Of a DNA stretch of 64,000 nucleotides, positions 44,819 through 53,511 are shown one piece after another. Origin of the DNA: a virus (Duplodnaviria > Caudoviricetes); the IMG/VR virus record IMGVR_UViG_3300049381_000011, positions 1 to 64,000 of that record. One strand, written 5' to 3'. Within the stretch, counting starts at the first letter, position 1, and each line of letters opens with the position of its first letter. A program made the translations under genes and the position numbers. The notes under the pieces were generated by a model. It made no database searches. It saw nothing but the letters and a program-made list of their open reading frames with translations, and had not been told where the DNA came from.

Positions 44819-46480
44819 CTACGGTCGGGCTTCGTCGTCTGCCGGCCCGGGCCCGGGCTCGCCTGGCTTGCCGGGTGCGGTGTCGCCGGCGACACCGGTG
44901 CCTGGGTCGGCAACCGGCGGCGGGGCGTCCTCCTCACGGATCCGGATCACCTCCTGCTCGATCTTCTTCGCATCCCAGTCCGGATGCAGCCTGCTGACAA
45001 GGGTGTGGACGGACGCGGCCCGGGCGCTGGCGAGCAGCTGCAGCGTTGTCGCCTCCTGCTGCGGGTCGACCGCCACCCCGTCCGGCCAGTTGACCTTCGG
45101 CATCGCGGCGACCATGCCGTCCTTGCCGAACTGTTTGATGTCGATTTCCTGCATGGCGTAGGCCAGCCGGGCGATCGGCCCCCGCGCGTACAGGAGTTTC
45201 TTTCCCCTGGTCCGGTACGAGGCTGCCTCCCGCGCGACCACTTCCGTTGCTGTCGCGGCGACCTCGTCAGCCTCACCGAACGTTTGCGTGGAGTAGCCGG
45301 ATCCGCGCAGGATCTGCGCCACCAGCTGCGTGCACGTACGGTCGTGCTGCTCGACTCTGATTTCAAACTGGACGTGCTCCAGCTTCATGCCGCCTTCGGT
45401 GGAGTCGATCAGGTCGACGCCGGTGAAGACCTCCTGCTCCAGGTCAAACGTCGCGCCGGCGCCACGACCAGCGGTCCGTAGGTAGGACTTCGGGACGATG
45501 ATCCTGCCCTTGCCCAGGCGCAGGTCACGCATCCATGACGTCCACGCCTCGTCGAGGGCGTCCATGAGCGGCTCGACACCCTGGTAGTCCGACCGGCCCA
45601 GCGGCGACCCGCGCAGAATCCGGTTCGGGCGCATGTTCGGCAGGTACTCGACTGCCATACCGGTAGCACCGGTCACGATCGTCGTCCCGTCGGCCGGGTC
45701 GACGAGCAGAGCGAACGCCGTCGTTTCCGGATGCGCGGTCAGCGGCATCCGATGGCCGAGTTTCCCCTCGTCCGTCGACCTGTACAGAGCGTGTTGGACC
45801 TGGGCGGCGCGGTGGTATTCGAGGTGGCGCCACCAGTACTTGCTGTCGGTGCCCTCCAGCCGTTCCAGATGCCGCCAGAACGTCACCCCGACGAGCTGCT
45901 GGCCACGCCACTCCGGCACAGCAGCGTCAGGTGGGATCGCGTCGAGCAGCGGATGCGCGGCGACGACCGGGTCCCAGCGGACGCGTAGGTAGGCGCCGCC
46001 GTACGCCGCGGCGATCTCGCCAGCCTCCAACCAGATCGCCTGCGCGTTGGCCAGTTCCAGGATGTCGTTCAGCCGGTCTTTCGTCGGGTTCGTTGCCGGG
46101 CCCGCATCATCGTCCGGTTCCTCGCCGCCCAGCGTGGGGAACAGGAATTCGGGTGGCTCACCGAACAGCAGGTCCGCGGACGTTGCCGCGACGTCACCGG
46201 CGAGCGGGATGTGGAGCTTGTGCTGTTTGGTTGATCCGGCGCCGGGTGGGCTGCCCCAGAACCGGCGCTGGATCCCGCGGGCGATCGCCGTCACGAACCG
46301 GGCGCCGGCCGGCTGCCCGGTCGGGAGCTCGCTACCGGGCCCGAACCCTGGCGTGTCCTGGTAGACGGCGGCGAGCTCTTCCGGGTCGCCGCCGTACCAG
46401 GCACCCCATTGCGCGTACAGCTTGTTCGCCGCGGCCGTCGACGGCGGTGGCCACGCGACGTTAGTGACGGGCAGCGGCAT
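44819..46480 (-). CDS. Portal protein (A118/SPP1-like)
   Basis: LHIPLAGDVAATSADLLFGEPP, LGRSDY, FEIRVEQH, ATATEV. Confidence 0.9.
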   Translation of the reverse strand: MPLPVTNVAWPPPSTAAANKLYAQWGAWYGGDPEELAAVYQDTPGFGPGSELPTGQPAGARFVTAIARGIQRRFWGSPPGAGSTKQHKLHIPLAGDVAATSADLLFGEPPEFLFPTLGGEEPDDDAGPATNPTKDRLNDILELANAQAIWLEAGEIAAAYGGAYLRVRWDPVVAAHPLLDAIPPDAAVPEWRGQQLVGVTFWRHLERLEGTDSKYWWRHLEYHRAAQVQHALYRSTDEGKLGHRMPLTAHPETTAFALLVDPADGTTIVTGATGMAVEYLPNMRPNRILRGSPLGRSDYQGVEPLMDALDEAWTSWMRDLRLGKGRIIVPKSYLRTAGRGAGATFDLEQEVFTGVDLIDSTEGGMKLEHVQFEIRVEQHDRTCTQLVAQILRGSGYSTQTFGEADEVAATATEVVAREAASYRTRGKKLLYARGPIARLAYAMQEIDIKQFGKDGMVAAMPKVNWPDGVAVDPQQEATTLQLLASARAASVHTLVSRLHPDWDAKKIEQEVIRIREEDAPPPVADPGTGVAGDTAPGKPGEPGPGPADDEARP

Positions 46481-46652
46481 CGTCCGTCGTCTCCTTGCGT
46501 CGCTTGCGGCCGGTCATCATGCGGTGGCGGTAGCGCCACGAGTACGACCCGGTGTCCTCGTCACGGATGAGCTGGAATTCGGGTTTGCAGTCGCATTTGT
46601 CGTTCGCGCGATGCTGGCCGGCTTCCGCGTACGGGATGTAGTGAGCCGTCAT
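46461..46652 (-). CDS. Small Cys/His protein
   Basis: H....CDCKP...HR motif. Confidence 0.5.
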   Translation of the reverse strand: MTAHYIPYAEAGQHRANDKCDCKPEFQLIRDEDTGSYSWRYRHRMMTGRKRRKETTDDAAARH

Positions 46653-46740
46653 CACCCCTACCCGCCCTTCGTGTACGCGGTTTGAGCTGCAAAAACGGCC
46701 CCAGCGGTCTGCTGGAGCCGTCAGGTCGGTCGGGTGTGGC

Positions 46741-46998
46741 TTAGACGTGCGCGGGACACCAGGCCGTGTGTGAGCCGCCGGCTGCTCGCGCGTCGGTTTC
46801 GGTGTCGTACAGGGCCACCGACGTCCGCCACTCCGGGACATCCGCGGAGTCGCTGATCACGCGTACGTTGACGGTCCAGGAGCCGTCGGTGCGCTGGCTC
46901 CAGACGCGTGTGACCAGCGCGAGCGCTTCCTCCGCGCCGTTGTTCTTCTGGGCGTCCATCGGGACGATGACTTTCTGGCCGAGGCTGGGTGTCCGCAC
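46741..46998 (-). CDS. Small SH3-like phage protein
   Basis: PSLGQKV...ALVTRVW...VNVRV...TSV pattern; AGGAG SD. Confidence 0.6.
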   Translation of the reverse strand: MRTPSLGQKVIVPMDAQKNNGAEEALALVTRVWSQRTDGSWTVNVRVISDSADVPEWRTSVALYDTETDARAAGGSHTAWCPAHV

Positions 46999-47223
46999 AG
47001 TGCTCTCCTACGTTGGGTGCGCCGACGTTCGGCGCGGGTCGGTACGGTGATGTCGTGGCCAGCCGAGTACAGATACAGCAGCAATTCGGCTTGTGGTGTG
47101 TGACCTGGGTCGAGCCCCGCCATGGCAGGCCGTGCCGCTTCTGGCAGTGGCACCGGTCGCAGACGATCGCCTACGACCACGCCGGCGAGCTGATCGCACA
47201 GGCGTCCAGCGGGGCGCCGGCTG

Positions 47224-47541
47224 TCAGTTGACGATCGTCCAGTCGTCGGCGAGGAGGTCCGAGATCGTCGGCACCCACGGGCAGAACGAGCCGTCGGCGG
47301 TGGCCAGCATCAGGTACGGGCGGAACACGCAGACGGTGCCCTCCGGGATACCGGTCGCCTGGGCGGTGTTCCCGTTGATCGCGATCCCGTCCGGGTAGCC
47401 CTTCTGCAGCACCACCCACTGACCGGGGCCGTTCCAGCTGGCCCGGGACACTTTGGACCCTGACTTCAGCTCGGCGAGCGCGTACGAGAAGTCGAGCTCG
47501 GCTGGCCGCTTGTTGGCTGGGTCGGGAAAGCTGTGGTCCAT
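47224..47541 (-). CDS. DUF2829 / Tad2-like anti-Thoeris protein
   Basis: DFSYALAELKSGSKVSRASWNG...PYLMLATADGSFCPWVPTISDLLADDW signature. Confidence 0.85.
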   Translation of the reverse strand: MDHSFPDPANKRPAELDFSYALAELKSGSKVSRASWNGPGQWVVLQKGYPDGIAINGNTAQATGIPEGTVCVFRPYLMLATADGSFCPWVPTISDLLADDWTIVN

Positions 47542-47619
47542 GGCGGGCGGGCCTTTCGTGATGGGATCCGACAGTCAGCCACCGGAGGCGGCCGCGACGG
47601 CGGGCAATAGGTTGGGCTG

Positions 47620-47883
47620 ATGGAGCACACGCTGAACGTCGAACTTGCCCGGATGAGCCGGCATGGCTGGCGGGTCGATCAGCGGTACGGGGCGCAGGCG
47701 ACCGTGTCCAGGCCGACGCTGTGGCTGCCTACCTGGGTGCACCTGCTGCTGATCGTGCCGACGTGCATGGTCTGGGCTGTGGTGTGGGCGTGGATGCGCA
47801 GCACAGGTATGCGTCGCACGTCCAGGCTCGTGACCGTGTTGCAGCCCGGTCGGGTGACGGTGACGTCGGTCCCGTCGTCGTAG
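47620..47883 (+). CDS. Small membrane protein
   Basis: GWRV...HLLLIVPTCMVWAVVW pattern. Confidence 0.5.
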   Translation: MEHTLNVELARMSRHGWRVDQRYGAQATVSRPTLWLPTWVHLLLIVPTCMVWAVVWAWMRSTGMRRTSRLVTVLQPGRVTVTSVPSS

Positions 47884-47891
47884 CCGGCCGG

Positions 47892-48239
47892 TTAGCCCTG
47901 CAGCTCGTACGCGGTGATTTCCAGCTCGGCGTGCGCGACGTCGACGAGCAGGTAGCCGCCGTACAGGTTCGCTGGGTACGGACCGAACCGGATCGTTTTC
48001 CCCGCGGCGATCGGGGTGATCTTCGGTTCGATGCCTTGGCCGTCGGATCCGCCGAGGAGGTGGATGGTCACGGACCGGGCGGTCACCCCGCCGTTGGTGT
48101 TCTCGACGTCGATGAACATCCGCCCCCGGTTGGGGATCTTGTGGCCGTCGGCGGGGACGCCCACGGTCGCGACGACGGTGGACAGGTCCAGGCCGTCGGT
48201 CCGGTCGACGACGTACGGGGTGATCGTTCCGCGTGCCAT
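47892..48239 (-). CDS. Beta-rich putative virion decoration protein
   Basis: GGAGG SD; MARGTI...DGHKIPNRG...IAAGKTIRFGPYP. Confidence 0.55.
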   Translation of the reverse strand: MARGTITPYVVDRTDGLDLSTVVATVGVPADGHKIPNRGRMFIDVENTNGGVTARSVTIHLLGGSDGQGIEPKITPIAAGKTIRFGPYPANLYGGYLLVDVAHAELEITAYELQG

Positions 48240-48304
48240 TTCGTACCTCCACTGATGTAAATGATCTGTTGACACTTGGCGGGACGTAAACGTATGATTT
48301 AGCT

Positions 48305-48520
48305 ATGATTTCCGCTGGAACGGTAAGTCTGATCACCCCGGCCAGGAACGCACCCGCGGCCGCTCACGGCAGCTGCGCCCACTGCATCTGCAACCCGCAG
48401 GCCAACCGTGGCCACCACTGCCACCAGGCCGGCTGCACCGCCTGCACCATCGGCTGCCCCGACGCCGGCGACGACGCCGGCTGCATCCGCGCACACGAAA
48501 CGGTGACCATCCCGGCCTGA
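48305..48520 (+). CDS. Leaderless Cys/His-rich peptide
   Basis: TTGACA-18-TATGAT promoter (48269-48298) places the TSS at about the ATG. Confidence 0.5.
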   Translation: MISAGTVSLITPARNAPAAAHGSCAHCICNPQANRGHHCHQAGCTACTIGCPDAGDDAGCIRAHETVTIPA

Positions 48521-48581
48521 CCTAGGCCCTGTCACACCGGGGGCGTAAAGATGTCATTTACGCCCCCGGTCAAGGAGCACC

Positions 48582-48947
48582 ATGGCAAAACGCATCGAAA
48601 CGAGCCCCGACATCGCCCGGGCCGCCGGCGGGTACCTGCGCGCCAACGGCCTGGGCGACAACGCCGAAACAGCCATCCCCGCAGTCGCCACGCGAATCAC
48701 TGACTACCGCCCGGAAGCGGTCCCAGACAAGTCGGTCACGCTGTCCGCGCTCGCCCTGCTGTCCGAGATCCGCACCGTGTACGACCGGCGCGAGCTGGTC
48801 CTGATCGACCACGCCCGCCAGCTGGGCGCCACATGGGACGAGATCGGACGGATGCTCGGCTACAACCCGACCATCCAGGGCGCCGCACAGCGCCGTAAGA
48901 CCCTCGCCGAGCTCTACCTCCAGGAGGTCACCAGTGAGCACCACTGA
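48582..48947 (+). CDS. HTH-like protein
   Basis: LIDHARQLGATWDEIGRMLG...QGAAQRR. Confidence 0.65.
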   Translation: MAKRIETSPDIARAAGGYLRANGLGDNAETAIPAVATRITDYRPEAVPDKSVTLSALALLSEIRTVYDRRELVLIDHARQLGATWDEIGRMLGYNPTIQGAAQRRKTLAELYLQEVTSEHH

Positions 48948-49476
48948 CAACCTTTTCGCACCGTCACCCGAACCGGCCTTCCGCGCCCGGACCGACGTCC
49001 AGGCCACCGTCGACCGGATCATCGCGCTGATGAAGCCCGACGGCTCCGGCTTCACCGAACGCCAGGTGCCGGGCTACTCCTTCACCGACCGCGTACCCGA
49101 CCCGCTGCTCGCCATCCAAGCGGCGCAGCTCGTCCGTGACTACGCCAGCTCCTACATCGACCGGGCAGCCCTGCTCGCCCGCCGGGAAGGCACGTCGTGG
49201 GCCGACCTGTTCACCCTGCTCGCGCTGGAAGCCGTCGACGGGAAGTCCACGGCGGAGGTTGCCTACGAGCACGTCCTAGGACCGGATCCGGAACACCAGC
49301 CGCTGTGGCAGACACGCACTGTGTCGTGGCACTGCTCAACCTGCAGCGCGTACGTCACCGACCGGGGACCGTACGAAAGCCACCCCGACGACAACGAAAG
49401 CGGCCACACCGCTGACTGCACCCGACACCAGACCGCGATCGCCGAGTGGCGCGTACGCACCGGATGGGAAGACTGA
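48934..49476 (+). CDS. HTH plus Zn-ribbon protein
   Basis: ARREGTSWADL; WHCSTC...DRGPY..HP...GHTADC. Confidence 0.65.
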   Translation: MSTTDNLFAPSPEPAFRARTDVQATVDRIIALMKPDGSGFTERQVPGYSFTDRVPDPLLAIQAAQLVRDYASSYIDRAALLARREGTSWADLFTLLALEAVDGKSTAEVAYEHVLGPDPEHQPLWQTRTVSWHCSTCSAYVTDRGPYESHPDDNESGHTADCTRHQTAIAEWRVRTGWED

Positions 49477-49793
49477 TGTTCGGACAGACACGCCGCGAGG
49501 CGGCAGAAGCCGAACTCGAGCGCGAGCGCCAGGCCGTGGAGCGGCAGGAGCGGGACGCGCGAGATGAGGAGAGGCGAGCCGAAGCTAGACGCACTCAGGA
49601 AGCCCAGGCCGCCGAGCATGCAGCCAAGATCCAAGCGCGCATCGCAGAGGTTCTAGCGCTTACCCCTGAGGAGCACATTCAGCGGGCCGCCAATTGGTCA
49701 GCCGAGCCCTTCAGCAGCGACCATGTGATCAAAGTCCAGAACGCGATCCAGACCGAGCTCCTGTGGGCGCTCGTGAAACGACGCAGCTCATGA
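49476..49793 (+). CDS. Coiled-coil hypothetical protein
   Basis: TGATG coupling. Confidence 0.55.
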   Translation: MFGQTRREAAEAELERERQAVERQERDARDEERRAEARRTQEAQAAEHAAKIQARIAEVLALTPEEHIQRAANWSAEPFSSDHVIKVQNAIQTELLWALVKRRSS

Positions 49794-49836
49794 CCGACGT
49801 ACAGCGGATGACATCGACAATCCGGCTCCTCCGTGC

Positions 49837-50121
49837 ATGGCGACCACAGCTCTCGTATGTGCTGGGATCGGCTTAGCGTGCCTCGCCTTCTCGGTCGTCT
49901 TCACCGTGATTGCGGGCAGCTCACCGCGATGGATCTGGTACGCCCAGATATCCACCACGGTGGTCCTGGCGTTCCTCATCCCGCTGGTGTACAGGAAGCG
50001 TCGCCAGCTGATCGTCCAGCTGCAGGAGCTCGACAAGACGCCGCAGCTCGACAAGACGGCTTATCAGGGCGGCGAGGCTCGCGTGCAACCAAGGCGTCGA
50101 CCGTCAGCACTCAGGGGCTGA
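49837..50121 (+). CDS. 2-TM membrane protein
   Basis: Hydrophobic segments. Confidence 0.5.
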   Translation: MATTALVCAGIGLACLAFSVVFTVIAGSSPRWIWYAQISTTVVLAFLIPLVYRKRRQLIVQLQELDKTPQLDKTAYQGGEARVQPRRRPSALRG

Positions 50122-50182
50122 TCATGCACGTAACCGACACCGTCAACAACGATCCCGACCAGATGGCAACCGAGGAGCGACC

Positions 50183-50632
50183 GTGACCAAAACGACCTAC
50201 ACCGGCGAACAGATGAGAGACCTACTGGTTGCCGGCAGCCTCTGCCAGGGCCGCCACGTCCAGGCCGCTGTACACCTGCTGCTTTTCACCGACCTCCACA
50301 CCCGACCCTGGTTCGCCGAGATCGTTGAGATCGGCCCCGGCGGCGCCGGCGGGGCGTTGCTCGAGTGCGCATTCGTCAACTGGACGGATCTGCCCAACCG
50401 GATCGATCCTCGACTCGGATCCGGCACGGTCAACCTGATCAATCTCGCCGTAGCGTTCGCCGACCGTCAGCAGATCGATATCGCTGCTGCGGTCACCAGC
50501 CACGGACACGCGCACGCGCGCCGGATCGCTGAGGCGGTCTTGATCCTGGCCGGCTACCAGGACTGGTACACGCTGCAGCCCGGCCCGGACCTCGTCGAGC
50601 ACCAGCGCTTCACCGAGGAGCTGCTCGGATGA
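50183..50632 (+). CDS. Hypothetical protein
   Basis: GAGGAG SD. Confidence 0.6.
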   Translation: MTKTTYTGEQMRDLLVAGSLCQGRHVQAAVHLLLFTDLHTRPWFAEIVEIGPGGAGGALLECAFVNWTDLPNRIDPRLGSGTVNLINLAVAFADRQQIDIAAAVTSHGHAHARRIAEAVLILAGYQDWYTLQPGPDLVEHQRFTEELLG

Positions 50633-51045
50633 CCCACGCAATCGAGTGTGTCGACGACGACCACGCGGTCGACCTGGCCGCGGTGCTCCGCGATGAGTAC
50701 CACTACCGCAACGTCCGGGTGGAGAACGCCACCGTCTACGCGGACCGGTTCGCTGTAGACGAAACCAGCGACACCCTGGTCACATATGCGATCGCGTACG
50801 GCTACGCGCCGAAGCCTGCCGAGCCGGTCCAGCTGGGTCCGTTCGAGGAAGACAAGCCGGACCCGTCGCAGCCCATGACCATGGGGCATGTCCGCGCGTG
50901 GGTTGCGGCCCGGTCGCACATCCCGGACGACTACCACGTCGACGCGTCGCTGGTCGAGTTTCCTCGCAGCTGGGCTCGGGGCAACCCGTTCTACACGAAC
51001 GTCCTGCTGAACCTCCACACGCCAGACCCGGCGGAGCTCATCTAA
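50629..51045 (+). CDS. Hypothetical protein
   Basis: ATGA coupling; followed by hairpin at 51048-51090. Confidence 0.6.
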   Translation: MTHAIECVDDDHAVDLAAVLRDEYHYRNVRVENATVYADRFAVDETSDTLVTYAIAYGYAPKPAEPVQLGPFEEDKPDPSQPMTMGHVRAWVAARSHIPDDYHVDASLVEFPRSWARGNPFYTNVLLNLHTPDPAELI

Positions 51046-51132
51046 AACGGTGGGGTTCGGGGCGATCCGTAAGCGCCCCGAACCCCACCGATCATCACAT
51101 CCCGAACCGCCGACTATCCAGGGAGTACCGAA

Positions 51133-51585
51133 GTGACGAAGATCAAAGACGCTGAGGAAGTCGTCAGCGAGCTGCACCCCTATTTCGAATGGTCCGCGAA
51201 GCACTCCAGCTCGGCGGCCGCGACGATCGCCGAATTGGTTCGCTACCTCAACCACGCCACCGAGCATCCCGAGGCAGTACCGCTGCCTCAGGATGTTGGC
51301 GCCATCCTCTACCAGCTCGGCACCACCCTGGAGCGGCTGCCGCAGACTCTCTGGCAGCTCGGCCAGCTGGTACGGAAGCATGCCGACAACCCGGCGCTGG
51401 CCAGTAGCGGGAGCCCTGAGCGGATGAAAGGGCATGCCGCGGCTGAATGGGCGTTGGTGGTCGCGGCCAGGCTGCGCGACACGCAGCGCGACACTCAGCT
51501 GAAGGACATCGGCAAGCAGTTGAAGCGGCTCGGCTGGGATGCCGAGTATCTGCACCTGACGGTATCCGACGACGAGGAGGTGTGA
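51133..51585 (+). CDS. Hypothetical protein
   Basis: AELVRYLNHAT motif seen in actinomycete mobile elements; GGGAG SD. Confidence 0.6.
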   Translation: MTKIKDAEEVVSELHPYFEWSAKHSSSAAATIAELVRYLNHATEHPEAVPLPQDVGAILYQLGTTLERLPQTLWQLGQLVRKHADNPALASSGSPERMKGHAAAEWALVVAARLRDTQRDTQLKDIGKQLKRLGWDAEYLHLTVSDDEEV

Positions 51586-51588
51586 TCC

Positions 51589-51885
51589 ATGACCGGCAGC
51601 ACGGAGCGTGACACCGTGGTGGGCGACAAGCTGGCTGCGCTACGCGGCAGCACCGACGCGGTGATCTGGCCGATCGAACCCGCCAGCCCCTGGCCTGGCC
51701 AGCCGATGGCGATCGCCATGCTCTGGCTCGCTGTCGCGGTTGCTGCCATCCTGGCGATCCGCGAGGTGCCGAGCAGCGCGACAGTCGACTTTTGGACCGC
51801 GTTCACGCTCGGTGCGGTCAGCGCGGCGCTGGCGTTCGTGACCGTCCGGTTCGTGGCGCTGGTCGTCCGGCAGGTTCGGTCGTGA
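51589..51885 (+). CDS. 2-TM membrane protein
   Basis: GAGGAGG SD; hydrophobic segments. Confidence 0.55.
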   Translation: MTGSTERDTVVGDKLAALRGSTDAVIWPIEPASPWPGQPMAIAMLWLAVAVAAILAIREVPSSATVDFWTAFTLGAVSAALAFVTVRFVALVVRQVRS

Positions 51886-52014
51886 CCGGCGGGTAGGTCG
51901 CGCGTCGCCCGTGGCGCTCGGTGGTAACGTGCGAGACGCCGACCTGCTGGACCTGGAAACCGCCTTCATCGCTTACGCGTTGGGGGCGGTTTTCGCGTAC
52001 GTGAAAAGGTTTCA

Positions 52015-52042
52015 CCCGACCATAAGAGTCATTATGATGTAA
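52015..52042. other. dif-like (XerC/D-type) recombination site candidate
   Basis: CCCGACCATAA-GAGTCA-TTATGATGTAA, 11-6-11 geometry with CATAA/TTATG inner dyad, in a convergent intergenic gap. Confidence 0.45.
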
Positions 52043-52074
52043 GGTTTTCGCGAATCACGTTCGCGTTTGGTGGG

Positions 52075-52311
52075 TCAGTCGACCGGCTCGGACTCGGACG
52101 CAGCGTCGTCCAGAACGAACTGGAGGGTGTACTTCTGACCCGGCTCGAACAGATCGCCGACGGCACCCTTGACCGTCATGGACAGTGACAGCGACGGAGT
52201 GGCGGCCGCCCATTCCTGGTTCGCGCCGTCCGCGTAGTTCGGGGCAAACGACAGGTTGACCTGATCGCCATACGGGCTCTTGGTCTGGCACTGAACTTTC
52301 GCGGTGATCAT
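52075..52311 (-). CDS. Small conserved phage protein
   Basis: NQEWAAATPS.S.SM...FEPGQKYTLQF pattern. Confidence 0.65.
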   Translation of the reverse strand: MITAKVQCQTKSPYGDQVNLSFAPNYADGANQEWAAATPSLSLSMTVKGAVGDLFEPGQKYTLQFVLDDAASESEPVD

Positions 52312-52393
52312 GCTGCTACTCCTCTGTTCTCGAACGCTGCTCGCGTCCGTCGGTCATGGGACAGAAAACTCGCCGTGCGTCGGCCGGCCCCGG

Positions 52394-52717
52394 TCACCGC
52401 GGGATTCTCGTGAGGAATCCGCGTGGCGGCGCGGCAGCGTCGTCGTCGACGTCGACCGGGCGCAGTAGCCGGCGGCCCGTCTCGCCGAGCGCGACCCGGG
52501 CGGCGAACGTCAGCCCGTCGTCGAACTGTTCCTCATCGTGCAGACCGGCATAGCCGGGGTCGCGGTGCTCCCGGATGTCGCTGGCGATCTGCCGGCGCAG
52601 GTGCCGCAGCTCGCCTCTGGCGCGCTGGCGCCCGATGAACAGCAGCGCGATCACAGCGCCGGTGCCGAGCGGCAACACCAGGTGGTTCATAACCCACCAG
52701 AACAGGCCCACGTTCAT
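52394..52717 (-). CDS. Membrane-anchored hypothetical protein
   Basis: N-terminal TM; GAGGTG SD. Confidence 0.55.
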   Translation of the reverse strand: MNVGLFWWVMNHLVLPLGTGAVIALLFIGRQRARGELRHLRRQIASDIREHRDPGYAGLHDEEQFDDGLTFAARVALGETGRRLLRPVDVDDDAAAPPRGFLTRIPR

Positions 52718-52726
52718 CTCACCTCG

Positions 52727-53014
52727 TCAGACCGTCGACCCGACCACGGTGTAGGGCACCGCGTCGTCCGATGACACCAGTCGGATCGACGCCGCGTTCA
52801 CGTCGAGATTCGCGACCCGCAGCCGGACCCGTTCGCCGGCGAGGACCGGGTACATGTCATCGGCGGCCGCTACCGGTGTGCTGCCGTCGACCGTCACCCA
52901 GATCGTGGCGGCCGCGGACCGGTTGATGATCTCGGCCCATCCTCCGTGCTGGACGATCGGCACCGTGACGGCGACGGTGGCGGCGAGGGTTCCGGACTTC
53001 GCGCGGGCTGCCAT
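52727..53014 (-). CDS. Beta-rich hypothetical protein
   Basis: GAAAGG SD before ATG 53014. Confidence 0.55.
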   Translation of the reverse strand: MAARAKSGTLAATVAVTVPIVQHGGWAEIINRSAAATIWVTVDGSTPVAAADDMYPVLAGERVRLRVANLDVNAASIRLVSSDDAVPYTVVGSTV

Positions 53015-53036
53015 GGCGGGGCCTTTCGCTGGTGGG

Positions 53037-53324
53037 CTATCCGAGGTTCGTACGCCGCGGTGTAGCGCGCTCGGTTTCGATCGCGTCGATCTGCGCCTGG
53101 TCGGCGCCGGCGGCGAGCAGCAGCTCGCGCATGCGCGGTCCGGGCCATTGGTCGGGGGTGTTCGCTGCGGCGTGTGACAGCAGATGCACATCGGTGCTGA
53201 TCGCGCGGAGGACCGAGGTCGGGTAGTCCGGGGGGACGTCGGTCAGGGCTGCGATCCGGTGGGCGGATCCGACCAGCTGGGCGACGGTCACGCGTTCGGC
53301 TTTGCGGTGCCGGGCGATCTCCAC
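53037..53324 (-). CDS. Hypothetical protein
   Basis: GTG 53324 just after the small upstream ORF. Confidence 0.45.
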   Translation of the reverse strand: MEIARHRKAERVTVAQLVGSAHRIAALTDVPPDYPTSVLRAISTDVHLLSHAAANTPDQWPGPRMRELLLAAGADQAQIDAIETERATPRRTNLG

Positions 53325-53334
53325 ACCGGCGACT

Positions 53335-53511
53335 TTACGCGTCGATCGGGGTCCGGCTCTCCAGCTGGACGAGCAGCTGGCGAGCCGCGGGCGGCATCTG
53401 CTCGAACGTGTTGATGCCGGAGACACCGGCGCGGATCTGCAGGCGTTCGGCGACGGTGGCGCGGCCGTTGGTCATCGCGTCGGACGCGCGTCGCCATAGC
53501 TCAGGGGTCAT
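53335..53511 (-). CDS. 58-aa ORF overlapping the end of the ART-like gene (absent from the ORF track)
   Basis: MTPELWRRASDAMTNGRATVAERLQIRAGVSGINTFEQMPPAARQLLVQLESRTPIDA; GAGGAGG upstream. Confidence 0.55.
   Translation of the reverse strand: MTPELWRRASDAMTNGRATVAERLQIRAGVSGINTFEQMPPAARQLLVQLESRTPIDA

Noticed and set aside
46989-47231. Possible small + strand gene
   Set aside because: No clear SD or promoter, and competing ORFs on both strands; insufficient support.
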